Assembly: GCF_001194135.2 (NCBI RefSeq)
Contig: NC_068995.1
Location: 21,239,638-21,297,330, forward strand
Direction of reading: 5' to 3'
DNA: 57,693 bases
Origin: Octopus bimaculoides
Taxonomy: Eukaryota
In this document: piece after piece, positions 25,023-38,309 of the stretch
How positions within the stretch are numbered: position 1 is the first letter of the stretch
Layout: every line of letters begins with the position of its first letter
The notes under the pieces: model-generated
Databases searched by the model: none
Told to the model about the DNA's origin: nothing
What the model saw: only the letters and a program-made list of their open reading frames with translations
Made by a program: the position numbers and the translations under genes

Positions 25023-26389
25023 TAGCGGAAACGTTTTCTCCAAGGCCTTCGTTTCAAATAATATTCAGTCTCTTTCAACCTTTCGTGGTGATTAGAGGCT
25101 AGGGAATGTGTGCGCCGGGGGACGCACCCGGACACCTGAAGACTAGAGTGAAGTCAGAGTCATCTTCACCTTGTTTTTGGTGTTTGTGGGGATATTTTGA
25201 GCGGACCTTCACAGGCGTGCCCTCCAGAATATTGGATCCATATAACTTTCAGAAAAAAATACATATCTTTTAAGGAAATATTCTACAATTACCTTTCAGA
25301 TGGCGTACATTACGACTATATCGGAGTTTAATGTGAAAAAAATAGAAGTCGTGCACACATATACTGACACGCATCCCGATTTTTTTTTTCAAAATTTCAA
25401 GTTCCATTTTTCAAAATGTCAAGTTCTCTCTCTTTCTCTGATACAATTACGCACACAGACACGCAAACTTGTTTGTGGGTTTTCTTGAAATTACTTTTGT
25501 ATATAAACTTTAGTTAATCTAAATTGTCCCATGTTTCTTCCTTATTTCCACCCGTATCAACAATTATGCCCTTAGGTACGTACCTCTGGTACGTAAACTA
25601 TTCAAAATAAGAAACGTGAAACCACTGTATCTCAGTAAGATAAAAACCCACTTCTTTAAATATAAATTCAACCAAACTCTTTTCTTTGATGCACTTTCTA
25701 AGGTAGATAATCTAAAAATTTTCGTTGCTATTATCTTCCAATGTATTTTGTATTAACACATTTATGTGGTGAGCAAGATTTGAATGCTATTTCTAGCGGA
25801 CCTAGCAGCCAACATATGAACATCCAGTCGGACAAATTGTATAATCAAGAGGAATCCAAAGGAAATGGTGAAGAGAAGATGCTGAGTGTAGTGTATTGTA
25901 TGCGACCTAAGAGATCGGGTACAACATGTAATGATATGTGTGTTAGTATATATTTATGTAATTTCGTGAAATTTTCTTTTTTTTTTTCACATTAAATTCC
26001 TCTACAATCTTAATGTACACAATCTGAGAGGTATTTGTTGAAAATTTCTTTAAAAATATACCTATTTTTCTGGAAGTTATCAGGATACAAATTCGTGGTC
26101 ACAAATGTGTGGGTCTGCCGTTTTATGCACCTTTGAGTTCTTAAACACCCTCTGTAACATGCTGGTTGGTACCATAACATAGTTACAAGGTGTCCGGTAT
26201 TGTTCCTGCACCCGTATGAACTCTTAGCCAGGCAATTTCAGGACAGGAAACCTGGAGGTTCCAACCAGAAACGTTACTTCACAGTCGATATATTCACACA
26301 GAATATTTCATTGTAAACAATCATGTAATTGTAAGTGGACGTGATAGTAAGAAGTGGTAAATAAAAATCGTACATGAAATATTCCTTTC

Positions 26390-26545
26390 TACTATAAGAA
26401 CAAGGCTTGAAATTTGGTGCAATGAAATAGTCGATCATATTGACCCCAAGGATGAAGGGAACCATCGACCTCAGTGAATTTTGAACTGAGATTGCAAAGG
26501 TGTAGGAAATGCCGCCGGCTTGTTAACCAATCTGCCGCTCACCGT
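26390..26545 (-). mobile_element. SINE family A copy, internally deleted
   Basis: acaaggcttgaaatttgg..tagtcgat..tcgacctc..ttttgaactgag..ctgccgctcaccg. Confidence 0.7.
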
Positions 26546-27109
26546 CTTATGAATACGAGTAATGGATACTCAACATATAGTACACGGGAAGATGTAGAGA
26601 GTAGGGTTATAAACTCGTTAAGTGCTTACAGAAAATTAAATTTTTGTTGCTCTTAAAATGTTTGATAATCTTTTCTAGATATTTTGATTATACTAAACAC
26701 TAAATTTTGTCTGAATGCCATCGCTGTATCTCAGTCTACAGTTACTCTATATAGACATATTAGACCCTTTTGAAATGAGAATAACCTCGGGATTGAATGT
26801 CTGCCATTTATTTTATTCTTGACATCCAATATTGAGATTCAAAAGCTACTTCTTGCAGGTAAAGCTTGGCAAATTCACGCCATCTTGCTTTGCGTTTGTC
26901 AGAAGACGTCGGAGATGAAGGGGGAGATAACTGACATTCGCTTCGTTTATTTTACGTCCCGACAAGAATTTGGGACAAATTGGTCAACAGTTGGAATTCA
27001 ACTTGGGAGTGGAACAATCTTTTTTGATTACAAATCAGTGAATACCTCTTATAACCACAGACGGTGAACTTTTGTGGAGCTCAGTATAATACACAATGAC
27101 GGCAATGAA

Positions 27110-27370
27110 AGATCTCCATTCTTGTAGCTTCAAGTATATGAAATAGTCAGCGGGAGCATGATTTTTAACCCCAAAAGACTTTCTGCCAAACGTAAGTTCT
27201 TCGTTCTCTCATCATTGGATTCTTGTATGCAGATGATTGTGCCCTGTTAGCACATTCTCAGGAAGATATGCAACACACGATGAATGCGATTTCTGCAGCA
27301 TATTCAGCATTGGACCTTACAATCAGCTTGAAAGAAACTGTCCTAATGTACCAGCAGTTGCTGCCTATGC
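27110..27370 (+). mobile_element. RTE/BovB-like LINE reverse transcriptase fragment
   Basis: MIFNPKRLSAKRK, then GFLYADDCALLAHSQEDMQHTMNAISAAYSALDLTISLKET, which includes the YADD catalytic motif. Confidence 0.9.
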
Positions 27371-27989
27371 ATAATCTCTTGCATTGAGAACACCGGCATA
27401 TTTGGGGGTTTCATGCGTTTATAGATTTTGCTTTCTTTACAGTTAGCAGATTTGTTATGGAGCTGTGGAAGTACACATTCAACTGAGGTGGACAGTGGTG
27501 GGAAGAAAGGCCTGATAGTAGTAGTGGTTATAGTTGTTGCAGTAGAATATTATGGCACTGATGATGATGATGATGACGGGTCAGTTGTAGTATTGAATGA
27601 AAATGAAGAATGTGGATAGCAGGACAGTAAAGGGCTTTTCATTGTGCAGAATTCCCTTGGGAATTTGATGACCAACTTCATTAGTAAACATATTGGATTC
27701 TTTATCTATTTATTTATGTTTATTCTTTGTTTTTGTTTTGAGAAGAAGCCTAACTTACGCAACTTTTTACAGATCAATTTTTAGACACTGTTAACTAAAC
27801 CCGTCAAAATATGTATGGGGTGCAAATTTTGATTTTGCACCCCCTAAGATTTTTAGGAGGGGCAAGTGCACCACCTGCACACCCTGTTCCTGGGCCCTTG
27901 GATGTCGATTGGTTCTTATGTAAAAGAAAGTGAAGAAAATAATATGACCAATTTCTTATCGGTAAATTTGTAAGTTCGATGTTTTTTCA

Positions 27990-28165
27990 AATTAAGAAAT
28001 AAATTATTTTAAAGATAATCATTTCGAGCCACTCCTGCAATGAGCATTTCTGCCAAATGTGGTGAAAATCCGTACAGTTGTTTTCCAGTTATTTTGCAAA
28101 CACACAGACAAACAAACAAAGAGAAGTGATTACAATACCTTGCTTTCGCTTACGCGCGTAGGGTA
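27990..28165 (+). mobile_element. Possible HINE/DINE-1-like (Helentron-associated) 3' end
   Basis: gccaaatgtggtgaaaatccgtacagttgttttccagtta, then a short (ACAG/ACAA)n run, then an imperfect hairpin taccttgc..gcgtagggta. The architecture resembles this class, but there is no diagnostic protein. Confidence 0.4.
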
Positions 28166-28811
28166 GCAGAAACGTCTGCTTCAACTGTTGTTGGGCCACC
28201 GTATTTGCTTGGCAATATTTGACAATGTAAGTGCCATAACATACGGTAAGTATGATTACTGGCACATACCAATAGAGGAAAAATACCCAACATGCGGTAA
28301 CTACTGCGTAGTATACGGTAGCATTATTTTAAAGTGCCTACCATAAATGACACTGCCTTGTGGTTTCGGTACTTTTAGAAATAAGAAAGGAAGGTGTTAC
28401 TTAGGGAGGAGTTTTATTTTCTGTCAGCATTCCAGTGTAATATTTCATAAACAGCTTGTCTCAAAACGTTATTAATTTACTGCAATTTCGAAACACTGGA
28501 CTTGTTTACTTTCAATGGCTCGGCATCGGACGTAAGTGAGAGAGCAACGCCCCACCCCCACCCCAAATTTATAGCTGCCGTAACTAACCTTCAGTTTATA
28601 GGACACAGCGTGGCTTTTGCAATAAAGGTATGTATGTATGTATGTATGTATGTATGTATGTATTTAAGGGGCGTGCAGTCGAGGCATGCAAGTCATGCAC
28701 TGCATGCTCGTTTATTTTTTGTATAACTCAAAAACTAATTTAAGAAAGTAATTTATTTATAATGTCATTGAAAAGTTGTCCGAATCATTGGAAACTGGGC
28801 TAAAATAGTTA

Positions 28812-29373
28812 CGAGGGTGAGTCAAAAAGTAATGCCATTTTGTTTAGGACATATAATTACCAACACAGGAACATGTATCATACATCAACATGAAGCTGGT
28901 CCTCTGTGGATTACATCCTTACTTCTCAACGTAATCCCCGTTTCTCTCAATAGCAATGTTCCATCTTCAAATGAAAGCATGTATCCCTGCCCCGTAAAAT
29001 TCTGTTGACTGTTCTTTGAGCCACTTCTTCACTACAGTTTCTACTTCCTTGTTACTGGAATAATGTTTGCCTCTCAAAACCTCTTTCATGGGGCCGAAGA
29101 TGATAGTCCAATGACGATGATAATCCAGTGATGAGTAAGTGAACACTGCAGTGAAGAAGTGGCCCAAAGTACAGTCAACAGAATTTTATGGGGCAGGGAT
29201 ACAAGCTCTCATTCGAAGGTGGAACATCGCTATTGAGAGAAACAGTGACTATGTTCAGAAGCAGAGATGTGATCCACAAAGGACCAGCTTCATTTTGATG
29301 TATGATACATGATCCTGTGTTGGTAATTATACCAGTCCTAAACAAAATGGCATTACTTTTTGATTCACCGCCG
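28812..29373. mobile_element. Mariner foldback element: two inverted transposase 3' ends
   Basis: About 230-bp arms (28812-29040 vs 29145-29373). Minus strand reads YSS..FGPMKEVLRGKHYSSNKEVETVVKKWLKEQSTEFYGAGIHAFI; plus arm reads TAVKKWPKVQSTEFYGAGIQALIRRWN. TA on the left, CA on the right. Confidence 0.9.
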
Positions 29374-30572
29374 CACTTTGTTTCAAAGGAAACCCGTCCA
29401 GATTCAATACTTTGCTGTATCCCCATTCTGCTTCTTCTAGGCATGCTTAAAGGAAAATGCTTATGGCATCTTTTGTTCTCCCCTTCCTATCTTCCAATAA
29501 CTCTCATTTCTTTCCTGCCTGTCTGTAAAGTCAGTTCCTGTAAGATTATTTTTTATCTCGAAAAAAATAACTAAGGAAAGCATGCTTTGAGAAAAACACA
29601 TGTTGCATAGAGTTTCGGCTTTCCCCTCTTTCTCTATCAGTTCTTCTTTGTCAACCATCCTTTGTAATTGATATCGCTAACGCGTCAGGCTAAATGGTTG
29701 AATGGGTTTGACGTTTCGACCCGTAAAAATTCTGACCAAAACATATCAACAAACCCATAATTCTTTTATTAGTCAGCTTAAATGTTGCCGTGACTTTGGA
29801 ATATTTATTTCGCTCTGTCGCGAGTTTTGAAATTATCATCATTAACAATCCTCTGTATTGAACAAACTTCAAAAATTCTGAAATGAGAAATATAATATAG
29901 CTAATTAATCTTTCGTTCATTTACTAAAATTATCATACCATTTTGTTGAAACTGATGTACAATTCACGCACACACACCACACTCACAAGTGCACTAGTAC
30001 TTTCATAAGATCTCTAGGATTTTAAAAATATTTGTCCGAATGACTGAAGCATAAACAAATATAAACACACATAAATATAAACACACATTAAAAGATATGT
30101 GTGTGTGTGTATTTATGTATAAAGCATTTTGTATAGTTTTCTTATACATTCTTTAAAGTTTTCTTTCATCATTGGGTAAGTGTAAGTTACATTTCTTCTT
30201 CGCATGAAAAGAGACGCTAGATTTTGATTAGTGTTTTTAGGGTTTTCTACAATGTTGAATTTTCGCTATATTTCATTGTGGTGTGTTTATGTGTATGCCT
30301 GTACGTTCAATGTGCATGCGCGTCTGTGCACTTGATGTAGTCTTTAATGTACGTAGTTCTCTAAGTATCAGAACAGATGGTCAAGTGAATGACAATTATT
30401 ATCCAGAAATTGGCGGGATACAGCTTCAGATTGTTTTTGACAGCATAAAGGTCTAAAACTATGGCCTTATTACGTACCAAAATGTTTTCTCTTAGATAAT
30501 TTCAAAAGGATTTGCCTCAACCAATAAGTATTTCTAGCATCACCAACCTTAGAAGTCACCGCCCGCCACAAA

Positions 30573-30627
<55 letters not shown>

Positions 30628-30831
30628 ATACATAAACCTATTATTATTAATACATAATAATATTACAAGGGGATAGCAAGCATAAAATAGCCAGAAAGTA
30701 AATTTATTAATTCATTTACTCTTCATCGAATTCACCAGTGTGTATAAGTGATAATTGTATGTATGTATGTATGTATGTATTTATGTATGTATATATGTAT
30801 ATATATATGTGTGTGTGTGTGTGTGTGCGTT

Positions 30832-30889
<58 letters not shown>

Positions 30890-30969
30890 GAGAGAGATAG
30901 ATAGAGAGAAAGAGAGAGAGGGGGGATAGATAGAGATGGATGGATATAGATATACAGATATGTATCGGT

Positions 30970-31160
30970 TCAAGCATGGCTGTGCTGAGAAGTTTGCTTC
31001 CTTACAACATGTTTCCGCGACCAACATGGTTCCGGGAGGCAGAGACAATGAGTCTCTACTCACTTTCCGTCTAGCAAGTTCACTCAGAAGGCATTGCTTC
31101 GTCTGGGACAGCAGAAGTGATACGTCCTAGTTGCCGCACAGTGGGACTAAATCCGAAACT
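30970..31160. mobile_element. Two oppositely oriented SINE family B fragments
   Basis: Plus-strand head gcatggctgtg..agaagtttgcttcc (30970-31030) and minus-strand body tttccgtctagcaagttcactcagaagg..cagtgggact (31060-31160). Confidence 0.6.
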
Positions 31161-31301
31161 TCGAGCTTGAATCCTTCATTTAAAATATGTATATACATAT
31201 ATTCTAAATGGAGGATTGAACCTAACAGTTTCAACTAATATAGTTACGACTATGCTGTCCATAAAGATACCATTATATAATGATTCATATAATATAATGG
31301 A

Positions 31302-31332
<31 letters not shown>

Positions 31333-31334
31333 TG

Positions 31335-31423
<89 letters not shown>

Positions 31424-32335
31424 NNNNNNNNNNNNNNNNNNNNNNNNNNNNNNNNNNNNNNNNNNNNNNNNNNNNNNNNNNNNNNNNNNNNNNNNNNNNN
31501 NNNNNNNNNNNNNNNNNNNNNNNNNNNNNNNNNNNNNNNNNNNNNNNNNNNNNNNNNNNNNNNNNNNNNNNNNNNNNNNNNNNNNNNNNNNNNNNNNNNN
31601 NNNNNNNNNNNNNNNNNNNNNNNNNNNNNNNNNNNNNNNNNNNNNNNNNNNNNNNNNNNNNNNNNNNNNNNNNNNNNNNNNNNNNNNNNNNNNNNNNNNN
31701 NNNNNNNNNNNNNNNNNNNNNNNNNNNNNNNNNNNNNNNNNNNNNNNNNNNNNNNNNNNNNNNNNNNNNNNNNNNNNNNNNNNNNNNNNNNNNNNNNNNN
31801 NNNNNNNNNNNNNNNNNNNNNNNNNNNNNNNNNNNNNNNNNNNNNNNNNNNNNNNNNNNNNNNNNNNNNNNNNNNNNNNNNNNNNNNNNNNNNNNNNNNN
31901 NNNNNNNNNNNNNNNNNNNNNNNNNNNNNNNNNNNNNNNNNNNNNNNNNNNNNNNNNNNNNNNNNNNNNNNNNNNNNNNNNNNNNNNNNNNNNNNNNNNN
32001 NNNNNNNNNNNNNNNNNNNNNNNNNNNNNNNNNNNNNNNNNNNNNNNNNNNNNNNNNNNNNNNNNNNNNNNNNNNNNNNNNNNNNNNNNNNNNNNNNNNN
32101 NNNNNNNNNNNNNNNNNNNNNNNNNNNNNNNNNNNNNNNNNNNNNNNNNNNNNNNNNNNNNNNNNNNNNNNNNNNNNNNNNNNNNNNNNNNNNNNNNNNN
32201 NNNNNNNNNNNNNNNNNNNNNNNNNNNNNNNNNNNNNNNNNNNNNNNNNNNNNNNNNNNNNNNNNNNNNNNNNNNNNNNNNNNNNNNNNNNNNNNNNNNN
32301 NNNNNNNNNNNNNNNNNNNNNNNNNNNNNNNNNNN
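31424..32335. other. Assembly gap (N run); other gaps at about 11322-11387, 21202-21210, 37548-38244, 39354-39479, 44600-44672, 52390-52405, 53973-54586, 56065-57054
   Basis: Runs of N, almost all bordered by a simple repeat on at least one side. Confidence 0.99.
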
Positions 32336-33119
32336 TGTGAGATTTTTATGTAGGTATGTATATAAAACTTTTGAATATAACTAATTTTTTCAGACTGTAG
32401 ATCAAGACGCAAAATATTTGTCATGTAAGTTGCTTTTTGATGATATTCTTTACGAATAGATCAATAGAAATTAATTTTATTATGAATTAGAACTTGATAA
32501 AAGTAGCTTTTGCTTGTTAAAATACGATATACATATTTTAAAATTCCATTTACATATGAAAATTTCTATATACACAATTACTCTTCCAGGTAGTTGTTCA
32601 TCAAACAATGCAGTATATGAAATTACAGCTAACGTAATATTTGAAATGTCATATTTTAAAAATCATTCGGATGGTAAACTGCGTCTCTTAAATATTGCTT
32701 GTTAATGCTTGTCACACCTCTTATGAAAGTCCCAACAACTCTATGAGACATGTTATGTGTTTGTCCTCCCACAGAAATCAAAGCTGTTAACTCTAAAATA
32801 AAGCACGCTTGAATCCGGACAACCGGTGAATAAATATAGTTTGGATTTCAACATCATAAATTCCAAAAGAAAACTTCATTTTGTTTTAAGCATGAAATGC
32901 TAAATGACAGATTTATTTAAAGGAACTAACTGATCTCAAGGCCTGTAACTGTTCGTAAAATTTAATAAAATGCATGGTACATTGTTAATACGTTTTCTCT
33001 AATGATTATTACATAAAATGATATAGTGAAGCCAAACATTCTACAGGCTCAAGTTTATAGGTCCTGAGTTCATTCATATTCTACTATTGTCTAGTAAGTG
33101 AATCCTTTTAGCAACAAAA

Positions 33120-33310
33120 ATCTCTCTGCTGTTGGTCGATCTACTAAAAATAACAGCAACGTTCATTCAAATCATAAACTGCTACAGTCTTAAAAATGAC
33201 CCAGTAAATAAAGTGAAAATTCTAGGCGGAACAGGATGGTCACGTCTGGACTATCATGACCGCAGATCAACCTCATCAGGTGTCACCTGGGGTAAACGTC
33301 AGCAATAAGT
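33120..33310 (+). mobile_element. Old interspersed repeat family D copy
   Basis: gatctactaaaaataacagc..caaatcata..gtcttaaaaa..ggtgtcacctggggtaaac. Confidence 0.5.
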
Positions 33311-35591
33311 ACTATCCGTATCCTCTAAATTGGACATCAATATTATTTCAATGCTTAATTAGGACTTATTTCAAGGACTAAAATTTGGAGGGTATTGTGG
33401 ATAGTTATGGGATTTCCCTGTGCTAGTGCTGGGAACTGGTTATAATTAGGTGTTGTAAGTGTGAATCAGTAATTAAACACCTGCTACTAATGTATTAATC
33501 AATATTTTACCAATTAAGTGATTGCTTTTTTCTGTAATCAGCAATCAGACAATATGTAATTGGTTCTATGATAACATGTTGCGAGAGATACTCGAGATTT
33601 ACCAGCAAATTCTAAAAGCATCAGCAGATTAAGTTATCAGTTATTGAAATTGATTTCGATCTTGACTCAACTAGAACCGCTTTCTAATTCTATTTGAAAG
33701 AAGAGAGTAATGAATTATCTGTTTATCCTATGAGACGGATGTTTGACAAAAATTTCTGTACAAAGCTTCAGTAAAATGTAAACAATCTTTCTGCAACTGA
33801 ATTTATTTTTAGAATACAGGATTAAGCTTCCATGTCTTGACTGAAATGAGATACTTAGATATTATGTATCTCCACTTTTCATTAATTAATGCATTACGTA
33901 CTCATTAGCGTTAGCAAATGCTCTTAACTAATTCCAAATTAATCTTTTACTAAGATTTATTGCTACCAGGTCAGAGACTGTAACGAAGATGTTAGAGCAG
34001 CGGGAAATCATTTTAGCTTCTCAATACATTTAATTAACTCCTGTAGTGTAATTTGGTCACAGTCTCTATTAGGTAAGTGATAGAGATTAGTTTTCCATCA
34101 ATAACAAAGCAAAGGTACTTTCCGATGCTTCTAAATGGAATTCGAGAAGTCTATTTTACAAAGAACATTCATTTACTTCGAACTGTCAACATCTGTTCAG
34201 GAACCATACACTGGTACTTTCAAAGTAACATTTGGCTTTGATTCTTTTAAGTTCGTAAATTTCGAAATATAACAGCTAATATAATACTAAATGTCTGTAC
34301 AACTTTATTGCACTTTAACATTACATCCAGTTTACGTTATTGCATTTAATTTCCTGCGGTATTATGTTAAGTTAAAACAACAAATGTGAGGCTATACAAA
34401 GAAAAACACAATGAAGCATGTTTGAGAGTGAGGAATTTGCATCTAATTCTAATCGATGTTTGTTAAATCACGTGGATTCTAGTTTCTATATCATTCAAAT
34501 ATTGCATGTTTAACGACTCAGCACAAGCATTCTCTCAAAATTGAGCATTCTTTGAAAAAACCCTCTATTGAAAATAAGGGTTAATATGAAATTTAAGACG
34601 TAAATGACTGTCACTTAATAGGTAAAGTTACTTTGTTCCATTTTTAGCGTGTAGGATTATTGACTGTACATTGAAAGCTTTGAATTCTGAAGTCGTCTGT
34701 GTAATGTCCTACCTCGTCTCTTTCTGGTCTCACGAACTCAAAATTCTGAGTAACAAAAACAACATATCGTGTAAAGTTGATCACTGAAATCAATAGATAT
34801 TTAATTAAATATCTGTGTTTTCAGCAATTTCATTGCTAACGATAAAACCTTTGTATGCCACTTTTTAACAACGCCCTCTTTAGTGGGTGGTATATCTATC
34901 AAATACTTAATATCAACACCACCAAAAATTCAATTATATCACAGTATCTTCTGGCAAAGGAGAATGAATACTGAAGTAATTATGCACTAAAATGATGTTT
35001 ATATAATATGGAAATATGCAATTTATAACATATGGGTTTACCGCGGGACCTCATATCGTTTTAAATTGATAAACATGTGTGATGGCATATGGTAATGTCT
35101 AAAACTGCTAAGAGACTTATATCATTTGGTACAAATGTGAATATCATTTGATGCAGAAACAATTCACCTCTGTACAAAATCTTATACTTCTGTTGATATA
35201 CAACTCTGCAGTGTATATAATGATGAACTCAAGACATACAATTTTCAATGAACCTAATTTTACTCAATTTTATCGTTTAGAATTATACTCAGTTATCCTA
35301 AAACTGTCGTATAGATGACAGCAATGGTTACAGACTGAAGGACGATCAGATATTCTGAAACGTTCCTTAGGTATTAAATATTTGCAGAGAAATCAAGAGG
35401 AGAAAAGTTAAGTATAATCTACTGTGCATATCTGACAGAGAATAGATTCTTGTGTGGAATTGCCAACATCGAAGGAATAATCTTGAATATATTGTTTTCC
35501 TATTTTCTGCATAAAACCATTATAAAGTAGCTAATTGCCAATTTACAAACACACTCATATACACACGCTTGAAGCACATTCATTCATAGTG

Positions 35592-35628
<37 letters not shown>

Positions 35629-36198
35629 AGCACACACATGCATGTATGTATGTAAACCATAAATATAGCGATAGCAGATATGAGACACACTTTAATAAAT
35701 TAAAATGCAAAAAAAGCAAAGGGAGGGGGAAAACTGGGAGTTATAATACGGTCTATGATTACGCTACATTAATTTATCTACACTTGGTGTTCTCAATATG
35801 AGCAATACATTGGTGTATATATTTTTGAATAAAACAATTAAGTGGCATTAAATTATTGCATGACAATTTCAGATCCAATTAGTGAAATTGCTTTAATTAA
35901 ATGCAATTTGATGGTTGAATTTAAGATGTTAAATCAGAAGATAATTTTCTCAGATATTCCAGCAGTTTTTTTAGTTCACTTTATTAGTTATATAGCGTGC
36001 GTTTCTGGAATGAGACAGGAGAAAAAATATATCACATTTTATTCAAAGGGTGGAGAGGTGGGATTCAAATATTTAAATCTAACTGGAAGTAATGCAACAA
36101 ACATACATATATACATATATACTCCAGCTCAGTGCGTTATATGATTGTATGTGTGGAAGCGTACGTGTATGTATGTATGTATGTATGCATGTACGTAC

Positions 36199-36237
<39 letters not shown>

Positions 36238-36327
36238 TTCACGTATGCATAGAAACTGGCACATACTTACACACACACGTGTGTGTATGTGTGTATGCGC
36301 GCGCGTGTGTTTGTGTGAGTGTGTGTC

Positions 36328-36406
<79 letters not shown>

Positions 36407-36976
36407 TCATTTGAAAATAACGGTTGACATACAAGAAATGAGTATCTTGAGGATCTTAAAGAGACAGATCGCTAGTGACTCAATCTTTTGATGTAAGAAG
36501 TCCCTTAAAACTATAATGATTGACAATTTGATTACTAATATGAATAGTTCTATAGTTCCCAAATCAACCTTTATAGAATCCCCACCTCATCCGATCTCTG
36601 ATACTTAAATAATATTGTATATTAACGTCTGACAATGTTTGACAGTCGAGCCTGCATTAACCTCGTACCGGTGAGACAGGAATCGATGAACCAATGAGAT
36701 TTGTAATAACACTAAGCCAGCCATCGACCTATGGGAACACATGTCACTCAGCTGTCGAGTTTTCCGTTCATTGTAGCTAGACGTAATGTCCATCGAAAAG
36801 AATTTCGCATACACAACGCACACGCGCATTGTTAGTCATTCAATTATGTCAACTATTTTTTTAACATACGCTTATTAAGATTTATAAACGATAGCTGCAA
36901 GTAGGAATTTAGTTTATATTCCTATGGACTTGCATCCACGAGTGTACCAACATTAATGTTAAATCATAGCATAGTC

Positions 36977-37039
36977 ATCACAGGTGCAAGTAGGAATATC
37001 ACAGGTGCAAGTAGGAATATCACAGGTGCAAGCAGGAAT
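36977..37039. repeat. 21-bp tandem repeat x3 (ATCACAGGTGCAAGTAGGAAT)
   Basis: Three copies with one substitution in the third. Confidence 0.95.
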
Positions 37040-37435
37040 ATATAAATAAAATGTATTACATTTAAGTTTTTGGTCTAGTTGTACACGGACATTCTTTTAT
37101 ATATAATGCACGGTTTTGTAATGCAGATATTTCCATATTTAAATTAGTATATTAATATGTACTTGCCGATGTATTAATATCCGTGGATGCTTGTATACGG
37201 ATGATTATGTTTGCCTATGTGTTTATCATATATACATGTGCGTGTCTATGAATGTGTATGTGATTGTGTAAGTCTATGCATGTCACTGTGTGTAAGCATA
37301 GCACCACATTATTGATTGAAAGCATTAAGGTCACAATAGCAAATACACTGAATTTTATACACACACAAACATACACTGACATGTATATAAGTGCAGGTGT
37401 GGGTGTGCGGTAAACAGTGTTGTTCCCAACATAAT

Positions 37436-37485
<50 letters not shown>

Positions 37486-38309
37486 GTGTGTGTGTGTTTG
37501 TGTGTCATTGTGTCTGTGTTTGACACTCACTACCATATATATATATANNNNNNNNNNNNNNNNNNNNNNNNNNNNNNNNNNNNNNNNNNNNNNNNNNNNN
37601 NNNNNNNNNNNNNNNNNNNNNNNNNNNNNNNNNNNNNNNNNNNNNNNNNNNNNNNNNNNNNNNNNNNNNNNNNNNNNNNNNNNNNNNNNNNNNNNNNNNN
37701 NNNNNNNNNNNNNNNNNNNNNNNNNNNNNNNNNNNNNNNNNNNNNNNNNNNNNNNNNNNNNNNNNNNNNNNNNNNNNNNNNNNNNNNNNNNNNNNNNNNN
37801 NNNNNNNNNNNNNNNNNNNNNNNNNNNNNNNNNNNNNNNNNNNNNNNNNNNNNNNNNNNNNNNNNNNNNNNNNNNNNNNNNNNNNNNNNNNNNNNNNNNN
37901 NNNNNNNNNNNNNNNNNNNNNNNNNNNNNNNNNNNNNNNNNNNNNNNNNNNNNNNNNNNNNNNNNNNNNNNNNNNNNNNNNNNNNNNNNNNNNNNNNNNN
38001 NNNNNNNNNNNNNNNNNNNNNNNNNNNNNNNNNNNNNNNNNNNNNNNNNNNNNNNNNNNNNNNNNNNNNNNNNNNNNNNNNNNNNNNNNNNNNNNNNNNN
38101 NNNNNNNNNNNNNNNNNNNNNNNNNNNNNNNNNNNNNNNNNNNNNNNNNNNNNNNNNNNNNNNNNNNNNNNNNNNNNNNNNNNNNNNNNNNNNNNNNNNN
38201 NNNNNNNNNNNNNNNNNNNNNNNNNNNNNNNNNNNNNNNNNNNNTTATTAGAAACGTCAAAATGTGTATTTTACGATACATATACATATATATAAGTACA
38301 TTTATTAAT

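Noticed and set aside
25136-25170. Another CTGAAGA as a hammerhead core
   Set aside because: No stem II followed by GAAA.
31216-32424. Long ORFs at 31.2-32.4, 37.4-38.3, 53.7-54.8 and 55.9-57.4 kb
   Set aside because: Open only because N runs translate as X.
33540-34260. Unique-looking stretch tested as a pseudogene
   Set aside because: The frames translated by hand have frequent stops and no recognisable motif.
36977-37039. CRISPR-like array
   Set aside because: Direct repeats have no spacers, the context is eukaryotic, and no cas genes are present.
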